24,000 bases of DNA from Frigoribacterium sp. PvP032 (GCF_017833035.1 NZ_JAFIBM010000001.1:2291762-2315761), one strand, 5' to 3'; shown: positions 1 to 9,040, counted from the first letter of the stretch. Notes: a model not told the origin generated them from the sequence alone. Numbers and translations: made by a program.

Positions 1-157
1 GATGGTCTACCGGATGATCGCGAACGACACCATCGAGGAGAAGGTCCTCGCGCTCAGCCGCAAGAAAGCCGCCCTCTTCGACGCGGTCGTCGACGACGAC
101 GCGGTCTTCAGCTCGTCGCTCACCGCGGACGACATCCGCGGCCTGCTCGACGCCTGA
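1..157 (+). CDS. SNF2-family helicase, C-terminal fragment (gene continues upstream of the window)
   Basis: Frame 2 is open from the window edge to TGA at 155-157. The translation MVYRMIANDTIEEKVLALSRKKAALFDAVVDDDAVFSSSLTADDIRGLLDA resembles the conserved extreme C-terminus of bacterial SNF2/HelZ-type helicases. GC3 is high. Confidence 0.7.
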   Translation, partial: MVYRMIANDTIEEKVLALSRKKAALFDAVVDDDAVFSSSLTADDIRGLLDA

Positions 158-158
158 C

Positions 159-182
159 GCGGCAGCGGCAGCGGCAGCGGCA
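159..182. repeat. Hexanucleotide microsatellite (GCGGCA)x4, plus a degenerate fifth unit to 188
   Basis: Direct reading gives gcggca gcggca gcggca gcggca gcgggc, starting 2 nt after the SNF2 stop codon. Confidence 0.9.
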
Positions 183-193
183 GCGGGCTGTGC

Positions 194-331
194 CTCTCCC
201 TGTCCTGGCCCGTGATTCGAGAGTGATCGGCCCTCGCAGGGCGCCTCTTGCCCGTAGATCGGCCCGGATCCGACAGATCTCTCTCGCTTTGCCGGCGGAC
301 CCCCGTGGATCACTCTCGAATGACGGGAGAG
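194..331 (+). other. Long imperfect inverted repeat, a possible structured 5' leader of the 412-807 gene
   Basis: The left arm is CTCTCCC (194-200) followed by GTGATTCGAGAGTGATC (212-228). It pairs with the right arm GATCACTCTCGAATGAC (308-324, 1 mismatch) followed by GGGAGAG (325-331). The region is non-coding and lies 80 nt upstream of the ATG at 412. Confidence 0.4.
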
Positions 332-411
332 GAGAGCGGCAGACCCGGGCGAGGCCGTGCTGCCTCCGAGCTGCCTGACGATCGCTCGCGAGTGCGGCGT
401 ACGGTCGCCGC

Positions 412-807
412 ATGGACGAGACGACACCGACCGACCGCACGCCCGAGCGCGACGCCGCTGAGCTGGCGCTCGCGATCGTCTCCCAGGCGGCCGCCATCAC
501 GCAGGGCGACGACGAGGCGCTCGACGCCAGCGACGACAACCTGCGCGAGGTCATCGCCGAGCAGGCCGACGAGCCGCTGACCGAGCAGCAGGAGGCGGTC
601 GTCTCGACCCTAGGAGCGGCCGGAGGCAGCCTCGCGGCCGGCCTCAGCGCCGCCCTCGCGGAGGCACGCGGCGTCGACGCCACGGTGGTCCTCGGCGCGA
701 CGGCCCAGTCGATCCTCGCCCACGCGGACGACGTGCCCCTCGCGGAGGGCGCCCCCCGCGCCGACGAGGCGGGCGACGGTCCGGCCGACGACCCGCGCCT
801 CCCCTAG
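412..807 (+). CDS. Hypothetical acidic Ala/Asp/Glu-rich protein (131 aa)
   Basis: ATG-initiated ORF with consistently high GC3 codons. I recognise no domain. Confidence 0.55.
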   Translation: MDETTPTDRTPERDAAELALAIVSQAAAITQGDDEALDASDDNLREVIAEQADEPLTEQQEAVVSTLGAAGGSLAAGLSAALAEARGVDATVVLGATAQSILAHADDVPLAEGAPRADEAGDGPADDPRLP

Positions 808-997
808 CTAGGGACCCGCGCCTCCTCGACTCAGCCCCGCCTTCCGCGGATGCCGACCATCGGGGTCACATCAGCCTCCCAACACCCGCAGAAGCCACTG
901 TTGCGGACCATTCGGTCGGCATCTGCAGTCCCGCAGCACGTCAGCTGGCCTGGGCCGGTGTGACGTCCGGGGAGCTGGCGGGCGGGGCGCGACAGCC

Positions 998-2119
998 CTA
1001 CGGCACCAGGCGTGCGGCGCGGTACCGGTCGAACAACTCGGTGAACGCCCGCTCCGTGCGGCGGAAGCCGACGAAACCGGCCTCGCGGCTCTTGCCCATG
1101 TCGGTGACGACCTCCATCTCGCGGCCGAGGTCGGCGTCGGTGTGCCACCACGAGGCGACGCGGGCGAGATCGGGCTCGACGAGTCCGTGGCGAACGGCGA
1201 GCGCGGCCCAGTCGTCCTCGCAGCCGGCCATCTGCTCCTCGAACGGCTGCGGCGCGCCCGACGGCCCGGCGACCAGGGCAGGGTCGACGCCGAGGTGCGC
1301 GGCGAGGCGCGGCCACATCCAGCGCCAGCGGAACACGTCGCCGTTGACGACGTTGAACGGCTCGTCCGCGCCGGCGGGGTCGGTCGACGCCCAGACCATG
1401 TGGTCCGCGAGCAGGCCCGCGTCGGTCATGTCAGTGAGCGAGTTCCACTGCGTCTCGCTCCCCGGGAACACGAACGGCAGCCCGTGCTCGCGGCTCAGCG
1501 CAGCAGCCGCGGCGATGGTGAGGCCCATGTTCATGGCGTTGCCGACGGCGTAGCCGATCACGGTGTGCGAGCGGTGCACCGACCAGGTGAAGCCCTGGCG
1601 CTCCGCGGCGGCGAAGACCTCGTCCTCCTGGGCGTAGTAGAAGTTCGGGGTGTCGAGGCGGGGCTCCTCCTCGTGGAAGGGCGTGTCGGGCATCTCCCCC
1701 GCGGCGTAGGCCTCGAACGGGCCGAGGTAGTGCTTGAGGCCGGTCACCAGGGCGACGTGCTGCACCGGCGCGTGCGCGAGGGCGGCGAGGAGGTCTCGCA
1801 CCATGCCCGCGTTGACGGCGATGTTCTCGGCCTCGGTCTCCTGACGCGACCAGGCCGTGAAGAAGACGTGGGTGGGGCGTTCGCCGGCCAGCGCCTCCTG
1901 CAGGCTCTCGGCGCTGCGCAGGTCGGCGGCGATGCCGCGGACGCCAGGGGCCGAGGAGGCGCGGCGCGACAACGCGAGGACGTCCCAGCCGTCCGCCGTC
2001 AGGCGCTCGACGAGGGCGGTCCCGGTGATGCCGCTCGCGCCGACCACGAGCGCGGTGCGCGGGGCGGCGGAGGTGGCGGTGGTCGAGGGGTCGAGGGTGG
2101 TGTTGTCGGCAGAGCTCAT
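998..2119 (-). CDS. SDR-family NAD(P)-dependent oxidoreductase (atypical/extended SDR, progesterone-5-beta-reductase-like)
   Basis: 373-aa ORF with an N-terminal Rossmann motif (ALVVGASGITGTALVERL). The downstream segments HVFFTAW, VTGLKHYLGPFE, NFYYAQED and WSVHRSHTVIGYA are typical of the PRISE-like SDR group. Confidence 0.88.
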   Translation of the reverse strand: MSSADNTTLDPSTTATSAAPRTALVVGASGITGTALVERLTADGWDVLALSRRASSAPGVRGIAADLRSAESLQEALAGERPTHVFFTAWSRQETEAENIAVNAGMVRDLLAALAHAPVQHVALVTGLKHYLGPFEAYAAGEMPDTPFHEEEPRLDTPNFYYAQEDEVFAAAERQGFTWSVHRSHTVIGYAVGNAMNMGLTIAAAAALSREHGLPFVFPGSETQWNSLTDMTDAGLLADHMVWASTDPAGADEPFNVVNGDVFRWRWMWPRLAAHLGVDPALVAGPSGAPQPFEEQMAGCEDDWAALAVRHGLVEPDLARVASWWHTDADLGREMEVVTDMGKSREAGFVGFRRTERAFTELFDRYRAARLVP

Positions 2120-2241
2120 CCGTGGTGCAACCGACGCGGCGGCGGAGCATTCCCGAGCTGCGGGCTCGCGCCTCCTCGGCCCGACGAGTGAGTTCTCGTC
2201 AGCTCTCGACGGGCGGGCCAGGTCGCCCTAGGCTCACGCGA

Positions 2242-2925
2242 ATGAGGAACCCGTTCCGGCGCTCGACGACGAGCCCGCAGGACACCGTGCTCGCACCCGA
2301 GAGCGCGCCCCCCACCCTGCCCGGGCTGGCGTCCGTGCCGGCGCCGGCGCCGGAGTCCCCCGTCGAGCCCGCGGTCGCGCCCCGGCCCGAGCCGGCGACC
2401 GAGCCCCAGTCCGGCTCCCCCGGCTACCACCTCCTGCCGTCGCCCCGTCCCGTCGCCGACCTGCCCGGCTGGGTGGGCCTGCACCGCTCGTACACCGACG
2501 TCGTCGGCTACTCGCACCTCGGCCACGTGTTCCTCCACGACAGCCGCGAGGGCACCTTCGGGGTGCTGCACCCCTTCCGCGACGCCTTCAAGGACTACGG
2601 CCGCTTCGACTCGCTCGAGCACTTCGACGCGATGGTCCTGTCCGACGAGGGCTTCGACGAGTTCGTGCTGCGCCGTCCGCACCTCGACGAGGTCGCCCGG
2701 CGCACGGGCCCCCTCGGCCCCGACCAGGTCTACGTGCCCGTGCCGTACCCGTTCCTCGGCGGCGACGAGTCACCAGGGAGCTACGACCGCGGCGACGTGT
2801 GGACGTTCCTCCGGATCGTCCCGCAGATGTTCGCCCGACAACGGGCGCAGGAGGCGGAGGCCGAGTCCGCCGGGGACGCGCCGGTCGACGAGGGGCGCAG
2901 CGACTCGCAGGGCGCCCCTGCCTAG
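2242..2925 (+). CDS. Hypothetical protein with a Pro-rich N-terminus and a possible DUF1851/Tdi1-like C-terminal region
   Basis: The ORF track gives 2122-2925. I prefer the in-frame ATG at 2242 (MRNPFRR), which avoids overlap with the divergent SDR start. The segment GPLGPDQVYVPVPYPFLGGDESPGSYDRGDVWTFLRIVPQM resembles the DUF1851 pattern (aromatic-x-P-x-LGG ... hydrophobic tail). The family call is tentative. Confidence 0.6.
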   Translation: MRNPFRRSTTSPQDTVLAPESAPPTLPGLASVPAPAPESPVEPAVAPRPEPATEPQSGSPGYHLLPSPRPVADLPGWVGLHRSYTDVVGYSHLGHVFLHDSREGTFGVLHPFRDAFKDYGRFDSLEHFDAMVLSDEGFDEFVLRRPHLDEVARRTGPLGPDQVYVPVPYPFLGGDESPGSYDRGDVWTFLRIVPQMFARQRAQEAEAESAGDAPVDEGRSDSQGAPA

Positions 2926-2935
2926 ACTCGTCCCG

Positions 2936-4678
2936 ATGTCCGAACGCCCCGCCTCCGACCGACCTGCCGACGACGACGGGACGCCGACCCGGGCGGGCAC
3001 GCCCGGCTTCGCCGACGGCCCGCGGGCCTACGATCCCCCGCCGCGCAGGCCGGCTGCCCCCGAGGCGTCCGCCCAGGCACCTGCCACCCCCGAGACCGCG
3101 AGGCCGGAGGTGCCGGGCACCTCCCGGAGCGCGTCCGCACCCTGGATCCCCACCTACAAGACGCCGCCGAGGGCACCGGCCAGGGCACCCGCGAAGGGCG
3201 CGCCCAAGCCGCCCGCGGCGCAGCGTCCTCCCCGAGTCCGCCGCCGCCGGGTCGACGCACAGGAGATGCGCGACGTCCGTGCCCGCCTGCGCGGCACCAT
3301 CTACGAGGGCACGACGCCGGCCCACGGCCACCTCGGCGACCTCTACTCCCCGCGCCAGATCGTCGACTTCTGCCTCGACCTGGGCGAGGTGATGCTCGCG
3401 TCGGGCGCCGACGTCCGCACCGTCGAGGTCGCGATCGTCGCGGTCGGCACGAAGTGGAACCTCGCGCCGCTCGAGCTCGACATCACGGGCACGGCGATCA
3501 CGCTGCAGTACACGCCCGTCGAGGGGCCGCCGCTCGTGAAGATGCGCGTCGTCGCGGCCGAGGGCAGCGACCTGCACCGTCTCTCGCTCGTCTACCAGAT
3601 CGTCGACGAGCTGCTGCACGACGAGCAGGACATGACGAGCGCCGTCGAGGGACTCGTGACCGTGCTGCGCTCTCCCCCGCGCTGGCCGACCTGGGTCACC
3701 GACGCGGCCATGGGCCTCTTCGGCGTCTCCGTCTCGCTGCAGGCCGGCGGCTCGCTGGCCGGCGCCGCCGGGGCGTTCGTCCTCATGGTCGGCGCGATGG
3801 TGCTCGGCCGCTGGCTCACCCGCAAGGGGATCCCGAACTTCTTCATCGTCGCCCTGCAGTCGGCGAGCGTCGCCGCCGTGGGGTCGCTCGCGATCTGGGC
3901 CGGCGCGGTCGGGGCCGGCAGCGCCGCCGCCATGGTGGCCGCCGTGGTGGTGCTGATCCTGCCCCACGTGACGATCGTCACCTGGGCGCAGGACGCCATC
4001 TCGGGCTTCCGCGCGATGGCCCTGTCGAGGGCGCTGATCATCGCCCTGATCGTGGCCGGGATCGCGGTGGGCATCCCCGGCGGGCTGGCCCTCACCTCCG
4101 GCCTGTCGATCGAGGTCGACCCGACCGACATCACGCTGCGGACCCTGCCCATCTGGCTCCTCCTCGTCACGACGTTCTTCGCCGCGTCGGCCACCGCCGT
4201 CACGCAGGGGGCCAACGCCCGCGTCGTGCCCGTCGCGATCGGCGTCGCGCTCGTCGGGACGGTCACGCTGTGGTGCCTAAAGCAGCTCGAGGTGCCGCTG
4301 CTCGGCGCGACGTTCCTGGTCGCGACCCTGCTCGGGGCGCTCAGCACCGTCATCGCCGCCCGGCTGCGGGTGTCGGCGACGGCGATCGCCGTGCCCGCGT
4401 TCTGCGGCTCGCTGCTGCCGTCGCTGGCCGTCGCCTCGGCCCTGCTGAACGTCATGGCGGGCACGGGCGGCGCCGCCCTCGACGTGGTCGGCTCCGTCTC
4501 GACGACGCTCGCGATCGGGGCCGGCCTGGTGCTCGGCAGCCTGCTGGCGACCCCGGGGGCCCGACGCTCGCTGCGACGCCGCGTGAAGCGCGTCGTGGTG
4601 CAGTCCGAGCGCCTCGACACGTCGCCGATCAGCATCGTCGGCCCGGCCCCCAGCGACCCGCCCGCGCCGCGCGGCTGA
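2936..4678 (+). CDS. Threonine/serine exporter (ThrE) family membrane protein with a Pro-rich disordered N-terminus
   Basis: 580-aa ORF. The core IVDFCLDLGEVMLASGADVRTVEVAIVAVGTKWNLAPLELDITGTAITLQY is the characteristic ThrE/DUF1212 N-domain. It is followed by about 10 hydrophobic helices (DUF3815-like half). Confidence 0.85.
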   Translation: MSERPASDRPADDDGTPTRAGTPGFADGPRAYDPPPRRPAAPEASAQAPATPETARPEVPGTSRSASAPWIPTYKTPPRAPARAPAKGAPKPPAAQRPPRVRRRRVDAQEMRDVRARLRGTIYEGTTPAHGHLGDLYSPRQIVDFCLDLGEVMLASGADVRTVEVAIVAVGTKWNLAPLELDITGTAITLQYTPVEGPPLVKMRVVAAEGSDLHRLSLVYQIVDELLHDEQDMTSAVEGLVTVLRSPPRWPTWVTDAAMGLFGVSVSLQAGGSLAGAAGAFVLMVGAMVLGRWLTRKGIPNFFIVALQSASVAAVGSLAIWAGAVGAGSAAAMVAAVVVLILPHVTIVTWAQDAISGFRAMALSRALIIALIVAGIAVGIPGGLALTSGLSIEVDPTDITLRTLPIWLLLVTTFFAASATAVTQGANARVVPVAIGVALVGTVTLWCLKQLEVPLLGATFLVATLLGALSTVIAARLRVSATAIAVPAFCGSLLPSLAVASALLNVMAGTGGAALDVVGSVSTTLAIGAGLVLGSLLATPGARRSLRRRVKRVVVQSERLDTSPISIVGPAPSDPPAPRG

Positions 4679-4709
4679 CGAAGCCCCCGCAGTCCTCTAC
4701 CCTGGGAGG

Positions 4710-6506
4710 ATGAGCGACACCACCGAGAACGACACGATCGACGCCGATGCACCCGAGATCGGTCCGACGTTCTCGGACCTGGGCCTGAGCGACCAGGTGC
4801 TCAAGGCGATCAAGGAGATCGGCTACGAGACCCCCTCCGCCATCCAGGCGGCCACCATCCCCACCCTGCTCGGCGGTCGCGACGTCGTCGGCCTGGCCCA
4901 GACCGGCACCGGCAAGACGGCGGCCTTCGCGCTGCCGATCCTGTCCCGCCTCGACGTCTCGGCCAAGAAGCCGCAGGCCCTCGTCCTCTCGCCGACGCGC
5001 GAGCTGGCCCTGCAGGTCTGCGAGGCGTTCGAGCAGTTCGCCAGCGGCATGCGCGGCGTCCACGTCCTGCCCGTCTACGGCGGCCAGGCCTACGGCGTCC
5101 AGCTGAGCGCGCTGCGCCGCGGCGTCCACGTCGTCGTCGGCACGCCCGGCCGCATCATGGACCACCTGGCGAAGGGCACCCTCGACCTCAGCGAGCTCAA
5201 GTACCTCGTGCTCGACGAGGCCGACGAGATGCTCAAGATGGGCTTCGCCGAAGACGTCGAGACGATCCTCGCCGACACCCCCGACGACAAGCAGGTCGCG
5301 CTCTTCTCCGCGACGATGCCGCCCCAGATCCGCCGCATCTCGAAGCAGTACCTGAACGACGCCGAAGAGATCACCGTCAAGGCGAAGACCACCACCTCCG
5401 TCAACACCTCGCAGCGCTACCTGATGGTGTCGTACCCGCAGAAGGTCGACGCCCTGACCCGCATCCTCGAGGTCGAGGCCTTCGAGGGCATGATCATCTT
5501 CGTCCGCACGAAGAGCGAGACCGAGACGCTCGCCGAGAAGCTGCGCGCCCGCGGCTACACGGCCGCCGCGATCAGCGGCGACGTGGCCCAGGCCCAGCGC
5601 GAGCGCACGGTCGGCCAGCTCAAGAGCGGCAAGCTCGACATCCTCGTCGCGACCGACGTCGCCGCCCGCGGCCTCGACGTCGACCGCATCACGCACGTCG
5701 TCAACTACGACCTGCCGATCGACACCGAGTCGTACGTGCACCGCATCGGCCGCACGGGTCGTGCCGGCCGCAGCGGCGCGGCGATCAGCTTCGTCACGCC
5801 GCGTGAGCGCCGCCTCCTCGGCGCCATCGAGAAGGCGACGCGCCAGCCGCTCACGCAGATGCAGCTGCCCACCCTCGAGGACGTGAACGTCACGCGCCTC
5901 GCGCGCTTCGACGACCAGATCACGGAGGCGCTCAACCAGGAGGCGCGGATCAGCGCGTTCCGCGACATCATCGGCCACTACGTCGAGCACCACGACGTGC
6001 CGGAGGCCGACGTCGCCGCCGCCCTCGCCGTCGTCGCCCAGGGCGAGACGCCCCTGCTGCTCGACCCTGCCGACGAGCGTCCTGCGCGTCGTGACGACCG
6101 TCCTGCTCGCGACGACCGCGGCTCGGGCTCCGGCTCCCGTGACGACCGCGGCGGGCGTTCCGACCGCGGCGATCGTCCCGAGCGCGGACCCCGCACCTCC
6201 AAGCCGATGACCGCCTACCGCATCGAGGTCGGCCGCCGTCAGCGCGTCGAGCCCCGTCAGATCGTCGGCGCGCTCGCCAACGAGGGCGGTCTCAGCCGGG
6301 ACGACTTCGGAGCGATCCAGATCCGCCCCGACTTCTCCATCGTCGAGCTCGCCTCGGACATCAGCCGCGACATGCTCGATCGCCTGTCCGACACGCGCAT
6401 CAGCGGCACGCTGATCGAGATCAAGCCCGACCGTCGCAGCGGCGGCGCGCCCCGTCGCGACGCCGACCGCGGCGGCGACAAGTTCGACCGCAAGCCCCGC
6501 CACTAG
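4710..6506 (+). CDS. deaD: DEAD-box ATP-dependent RNA helicase (DeaD/CsdA type) with a C-terminal DbpA-like RNA-binding domain
   Basis: Motifs present are the Q-motif (TFSDLGL..PSAIQ), Walker A (AQTGTGKT), PTRELA, DEAD (VLDEADEM), SAT, VATDVAARGLD and HRIGRTGRAG. An RD/RG-rich linker follows, then the DbpA fold YRIEVGRRQRVEPRQIVGALANEGGL. Confidence 0.95.
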   Translation: MSDTTENDTIDADAPEIGPTFSDLGLSDQVLKAIKEIGYETPSAIQAATIPTLLGGRDVVGLAQTGTGKTAAFALPILSRLDVSAKKPQALVLSPTRELALQVCEAFEQFASGMRGVHVLPVYGGQAYGVQLSALRRGVHVVVGTPGRIMDHLAKGTLDLSELKYLVLDEADEMLKMGFAEDVETILADTPDDKQVALFSATMPPQIRRISKQYLNDAEEITVKAKTTTSVNTSQRYLMVSYPQKVDALTRILEVEAFEGMIIFVRTKSETETLAEKLRARGYTAAAISGDVAQAQRERTVGQLKSGKLDILVATDVAARGLDVDRITHVVNYDLPIDTESYVHRIGRTGRAGRSGAAISFVTPRERRLLGAIEKATRQPLTQMQLPTLEDVNVTRLARFDDQITEALNQEARISAFRDIIGHYVEHHDVPEADVAAALAVVAQGETPLLLDPADERPARRDDRPARDDRGSGSGSRDDRGGRSDRGDRPERGPRTSKPMTAYRIEVGRRQRVEPRQIVGALANEGGLSRDDFGAIQIRPDFSIVELASDISRDMLDRLSDTRISGTLIEIKPDRRSGGAPRRDADRGGDKFDRKPRH

Positions 6507-6546
6507 GCGCGGGCGCCGCGGCTGCGGCTGCGTGAAACAAGCGTAG

Positions 6547-6586
6547 AGGGACAGAACACCTTCGGGCCCGAGGGCGTTCTGTCCCT
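6547..6586. terminator. Hairpin between convergent genes, a likely bidirectional terminator
   Basis: Perfect 11-bp stem AGGGACAGAAC (6547-6557) / GTTCTGTCCCT (6576-6586), followed by TTTCGGTGT. It lies about 40 nt after the deaD stop and upstream of the stop of the minus-strand 6674-7027 gene. Confidence 0.6.
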
Positions 6587-6673
6587 TTCGGTGTACATCT
6601 GCCCGCGTCTACGAGCGCAGCAGGCGAGGCGCCCCGTGGGCACGAGCGCAGGAGGCGCGGCGCAGGCCGGGCG

Positions 6674-7027
6674 CTACGCGGCGCGCTGCCGGCGCGCGCG
6701 CACCTGGCGCCGCACGAACTGGATCACGGCGAGCACCACCATCGCCGGCACGAGCACCGACAGCAGCCCGCTGAGGCCGTTCTCGAGCATGCCGAGCGAC
6801 ACCATGTCGTCGGTGACCTGGCGGGCGCCGACGAGCAGCGCGACGCCGAGCAGGGCCGTGACGAGCGAGAGCACGGCGGCGAGCCCGAAGACCCGGAGGC
6901 CGTCGCCGCGCACGATCTGGATGAGCCCGTCGAGCAGGAAAGACCCGATCAGCGGCAGGGCGACCGCGAGCAGCAGCACTCCCACGATCATCAGCAGCAG
7001 GCCCATGAGGCCGGTGGCGTCGAACAC
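6674..7027 (-). CDS. Small integral membrane protein (117 aa, about 3-4 TM helices), unknown function
   Basis: GTG start at 7027 is preceded by GAGGGGG 4-5 nt upstream. The sequence is strongly hydrophobic with a basic C-terminal tail (RRQVRARRQRAA). GC3 is high. Confidence 0.65.
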   Translation of the reverse strand: MFDATGLMGLLLMIVGVLLLAVALPLIGSFLLDGLIQIVRGDGLRVFGLAAVLSLVTALLGVALLVGARQVTDDMVSLGMLENGLSGLLSVLVPAMVVLAVIQFVRRQVRARRQRAA

Positions 7028-7217
7028 ACGACCCCCTCTCGTCGGAGCGACCCTAGCGACGTCGTCTGGGCGACCCCTGCCGTCCAGCCGTGAGCGAGCC
7101 CGGCGACCGCGATCCGCACCTCCTCGTGTCGTCGGCCCGAAAGGGGGCTGCCGCCCGGATGCCCGTCATCGATAGGAAAGAGGGGCGCGGGCGCGAACGC
7201 CGCGCAGGGGAGCTGAC

Positions 7218-8129
7218 ATGCCACTGGGGGGCCCGGGACCACGCGACTGGTCGCCGTCGAGCTCGGACGAGCCGGTCGTCGTGCGCCGCCCGCCGCAGTG
7301 GGCATCGACGCCCGCGACGAGCCTGGCCGCGACGACACGAGGAGGCGGCTGGTCGCTGCCGAGGAGGCGCTCGTCAGCCCTCGGGCTGGCGACGATCTCG
7401 TTCCTGACGGGCGTCCTCGCGCTGGGCGTCATGCTGCTGCAGCCTGCGAACGACCAGACGACCCACGGGTTCTTCCTGTCGACGGCCGGCGTCACGGCGA
7501 TCGTGACGGGCGCGCAGGCGCTGCGGCGGGGACGGTACGGCACCGTCCTGCCGCGGTTCCTCGCGCGTGCCGGCATCCTGCTGGGCGGTCTCGGGTCGGC
7601 CGCAGTGGCCTGGACGCTCGTCGCGTTCCTGGTGCTGCCCCTCGGCGTGACCCTCCCTGCCCTGCCGACGAGCCTAGCGACGTGGCTCCCGGCGTCGGGG
7701 GCGTCGTTCTTCGGCCCTGCTCCGCTCGGCGCGCTCTCGGGCGGCGCGCTGCCGGTCGAGGGAGGAGCGGCCGAGGGCGCCGTCGCACCCGACGGCCTGG
7801 AGGTGCTCCCCGCCCAGCCGCTCGCCCCGACGACCGCGGAGGACGAGACCCTTGAGCTGACCCGGGCCGCGGGCACGCTGGCGTACGTCCTCAGCCAGGC
7901 CAGGCCCGCCGGCTCCCCGTGGCCGAACCACCTCCTCCTCACGACCTCGCCGGGGCCCGTCGGGGTGTCGTCGCCGGACGGCGCACCGCTCGTGACCCTG
8001 CCTGCCGGCACGCAGCTCGTCTACTCGGTCAGCTCGGACCGGACCGTGTTCGCCGTCGACCTGGTCGGGGGCGGCTTCGGGCGCACCGTCCACTACGACT
8101 CGGCTGCGGGGGTGGTCACGGCGGGCTGA
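7218..8129 (+). CDS. Membrane protein (303 aa): TM helices in the N-terminal half and a soluble C-terminal half, unknown function
   Basis: ATG at 7218 is preceded by GGGGAG. GC3 is high. The hydrophobic segments GLATISFLTGVLALGVMLL, FFLSTAGVTAIVTG and AGILLGGLGSAAVAWTLVAFLVL look DUF4190-like. Confidence 0.65.
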   Translation: MPLGGPGPRDWSPSSSDEPVVVRRPPQWASTPATSLAATTRGGGWSLPRRRSSALGLATISFLTGVLALGVMLLQPANDQTTHGFFLSTAGVTAIVTGAQALRRGRYGTVLPRFLARAGILLGGLGSAAVAWTLVAFLVLPLGVTLPALPTSLATWLPASGASFFGPAPLGALSGGALPVEGGAAEGAVAPDGLEVLPAQPLAPTTAEDETLELTRAAGTLAYVLSQARPAGSPWPNHLLLTTSPGPVGVSSPDGAPLVTLPAGTQLVYSVSSDRTVFAVDLVGGGFGRTVHYDSAAGVVTAG

Positions 8130-8189
8130 GGACCGGGCCGACGACGTCGACGAGGTCCGGCAGGAGAGAATGGTGACGCGACGCTCGTC

Positions 8190-8597
8190 GTGCTCGATCG
8201 TTCGACCGCCCCGCCCCGCCCCGATCCCGTGAGGACCGCCGTGACCACCCAGCCCGAGGGCGTGCCTGCCCTGTTCGGCATCGTCCAGCTCGCCCTGACG
8301 CTCGGGGCCGTGGTGCCGCTCGCCGTGGCTGTGCTGGCCGTCGTGCTCTTCGTGCCGAGGCAGAGGAGGCGCGCCACGGCGGACGACGCCCGCCGCCTGC
8401 ACGACCTGGCTCGCGTCGCCCTGCTCGGCTCGGGCCTCGCGACCGCGGCGCTGGTCATCGGCCGGCTCGTGACGTCGGCGTCGGGCGGTGCCTCGTTCGT
8501 GTCGGGGGTGTCGTCGCCGCTGCTGGTGGTCGCGGTGCTGACCATGGTCGTCTCCGGGGTGCTCTTCTTCGTGGTGGCGCCCAAGCCGCAGGACTGA
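8190..8597 (+). CDS. Small membrane protein (about 120-135 aa, 3 TM), unknown function
   Basis: GTG-initiated ORF with high GC3 and three clear hydrophobic helices. The start is uncertain, with alternative GTGs about 40-50 nt downstream. Confidence 0.55.
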   Translation: MLDRSTAPPRPDPVRTAVTTQPEGVPALFGIVQLALTLGAVVPLAVAVLAVVLFVPRQRRRATADDARRLHDLARVALLGSGLATAALVIGRLVTSASGGASFVSGVSSPLLVVAVLTMVVSGVLFFVVAPKPQD

Positions 8598-8667
8598 GGT
8601 CTGCCACTCGGCCCCTGGGCTGAGACCGGGGCCGCCTGCCGTCGGGCGATCCGACCGGTCTGTATCG

Positions 8668-9024
8668 TTGCACGGCATGGAATCACCGCCGCTGCTGCCG
8701 CCGTCCGCGCCGAGGCGCCGTCGTCGGAGGGTCGCCCGGTCCGTCGCCGTGCTCGGCGGCCTGGTGGGCGTGACCGCGGCGATCCTGCTCGTGAGCGTGC
8801 CGTGGGCGGGACAGGGCCCGATCGTCGCCGCGTGGGCGCTGGCGGTGACGGTGCCGACGGCAGGCGTGATCGGGGCCGTCGCGGCGGTGACGACGGTGCT
8901 CCCCTCCGGCGAGCCGTCCGAGCACGAGGCCGTCGACGTCGCCTTGCTGGTCGTCGACGTCGCGATCGTCGTGCTCCTGCTGCCGGCCGTCTGGCTGGTC
9001 GGCGTCCTGCTCGGCGGCCCGTGA
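8668..9024 (+). CDS. Small membrane protein (about 115 aa, 3 TM), unknown function
   Basis: The start is TTG at 8668 or ATG at 8677 (MESPPLL). An Arg-rich N-terminus is followed by three hydrophobic helices. GC3 is high. Confidence 0.55.
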   Translation: MHGMESPPLLPPSAPRRRRRRVARSVAVLGGLVGVTAAILLVSVPWAGQGPIVAAWALAVTVPTAGVIGAVAAVTTVLPSGEPSEHEAVDVALLVVDVAIVVLLLPAVWLVGVLLGGP

Positions 9025-9040
9025 CTTCCGCGATGCCAGA

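Noticed and set aside
2122-2241. The upstream start (2122) for the 2122-2925 ORF.
   Set aside because: That start would overlap the divergent SDR gene start region (2119), and the first 40 codons are Arg/Ser-rich junk. The ATG at 2242 is the first plausible initiator.
4629-6503. A 624-aa minus-strand ORF antisense to the DEAD-box helicase gene. Also the off-frame ORFs 3454-4713 (plus) and 3592-4752 (minus) over the ThrE gene, and 2588-3967 (minus).
   Set aside because: They are antisense or off-frame to genes with unambiguous motif content, and their translations are repetitive Arg/Gly/Asp-rich sequence.
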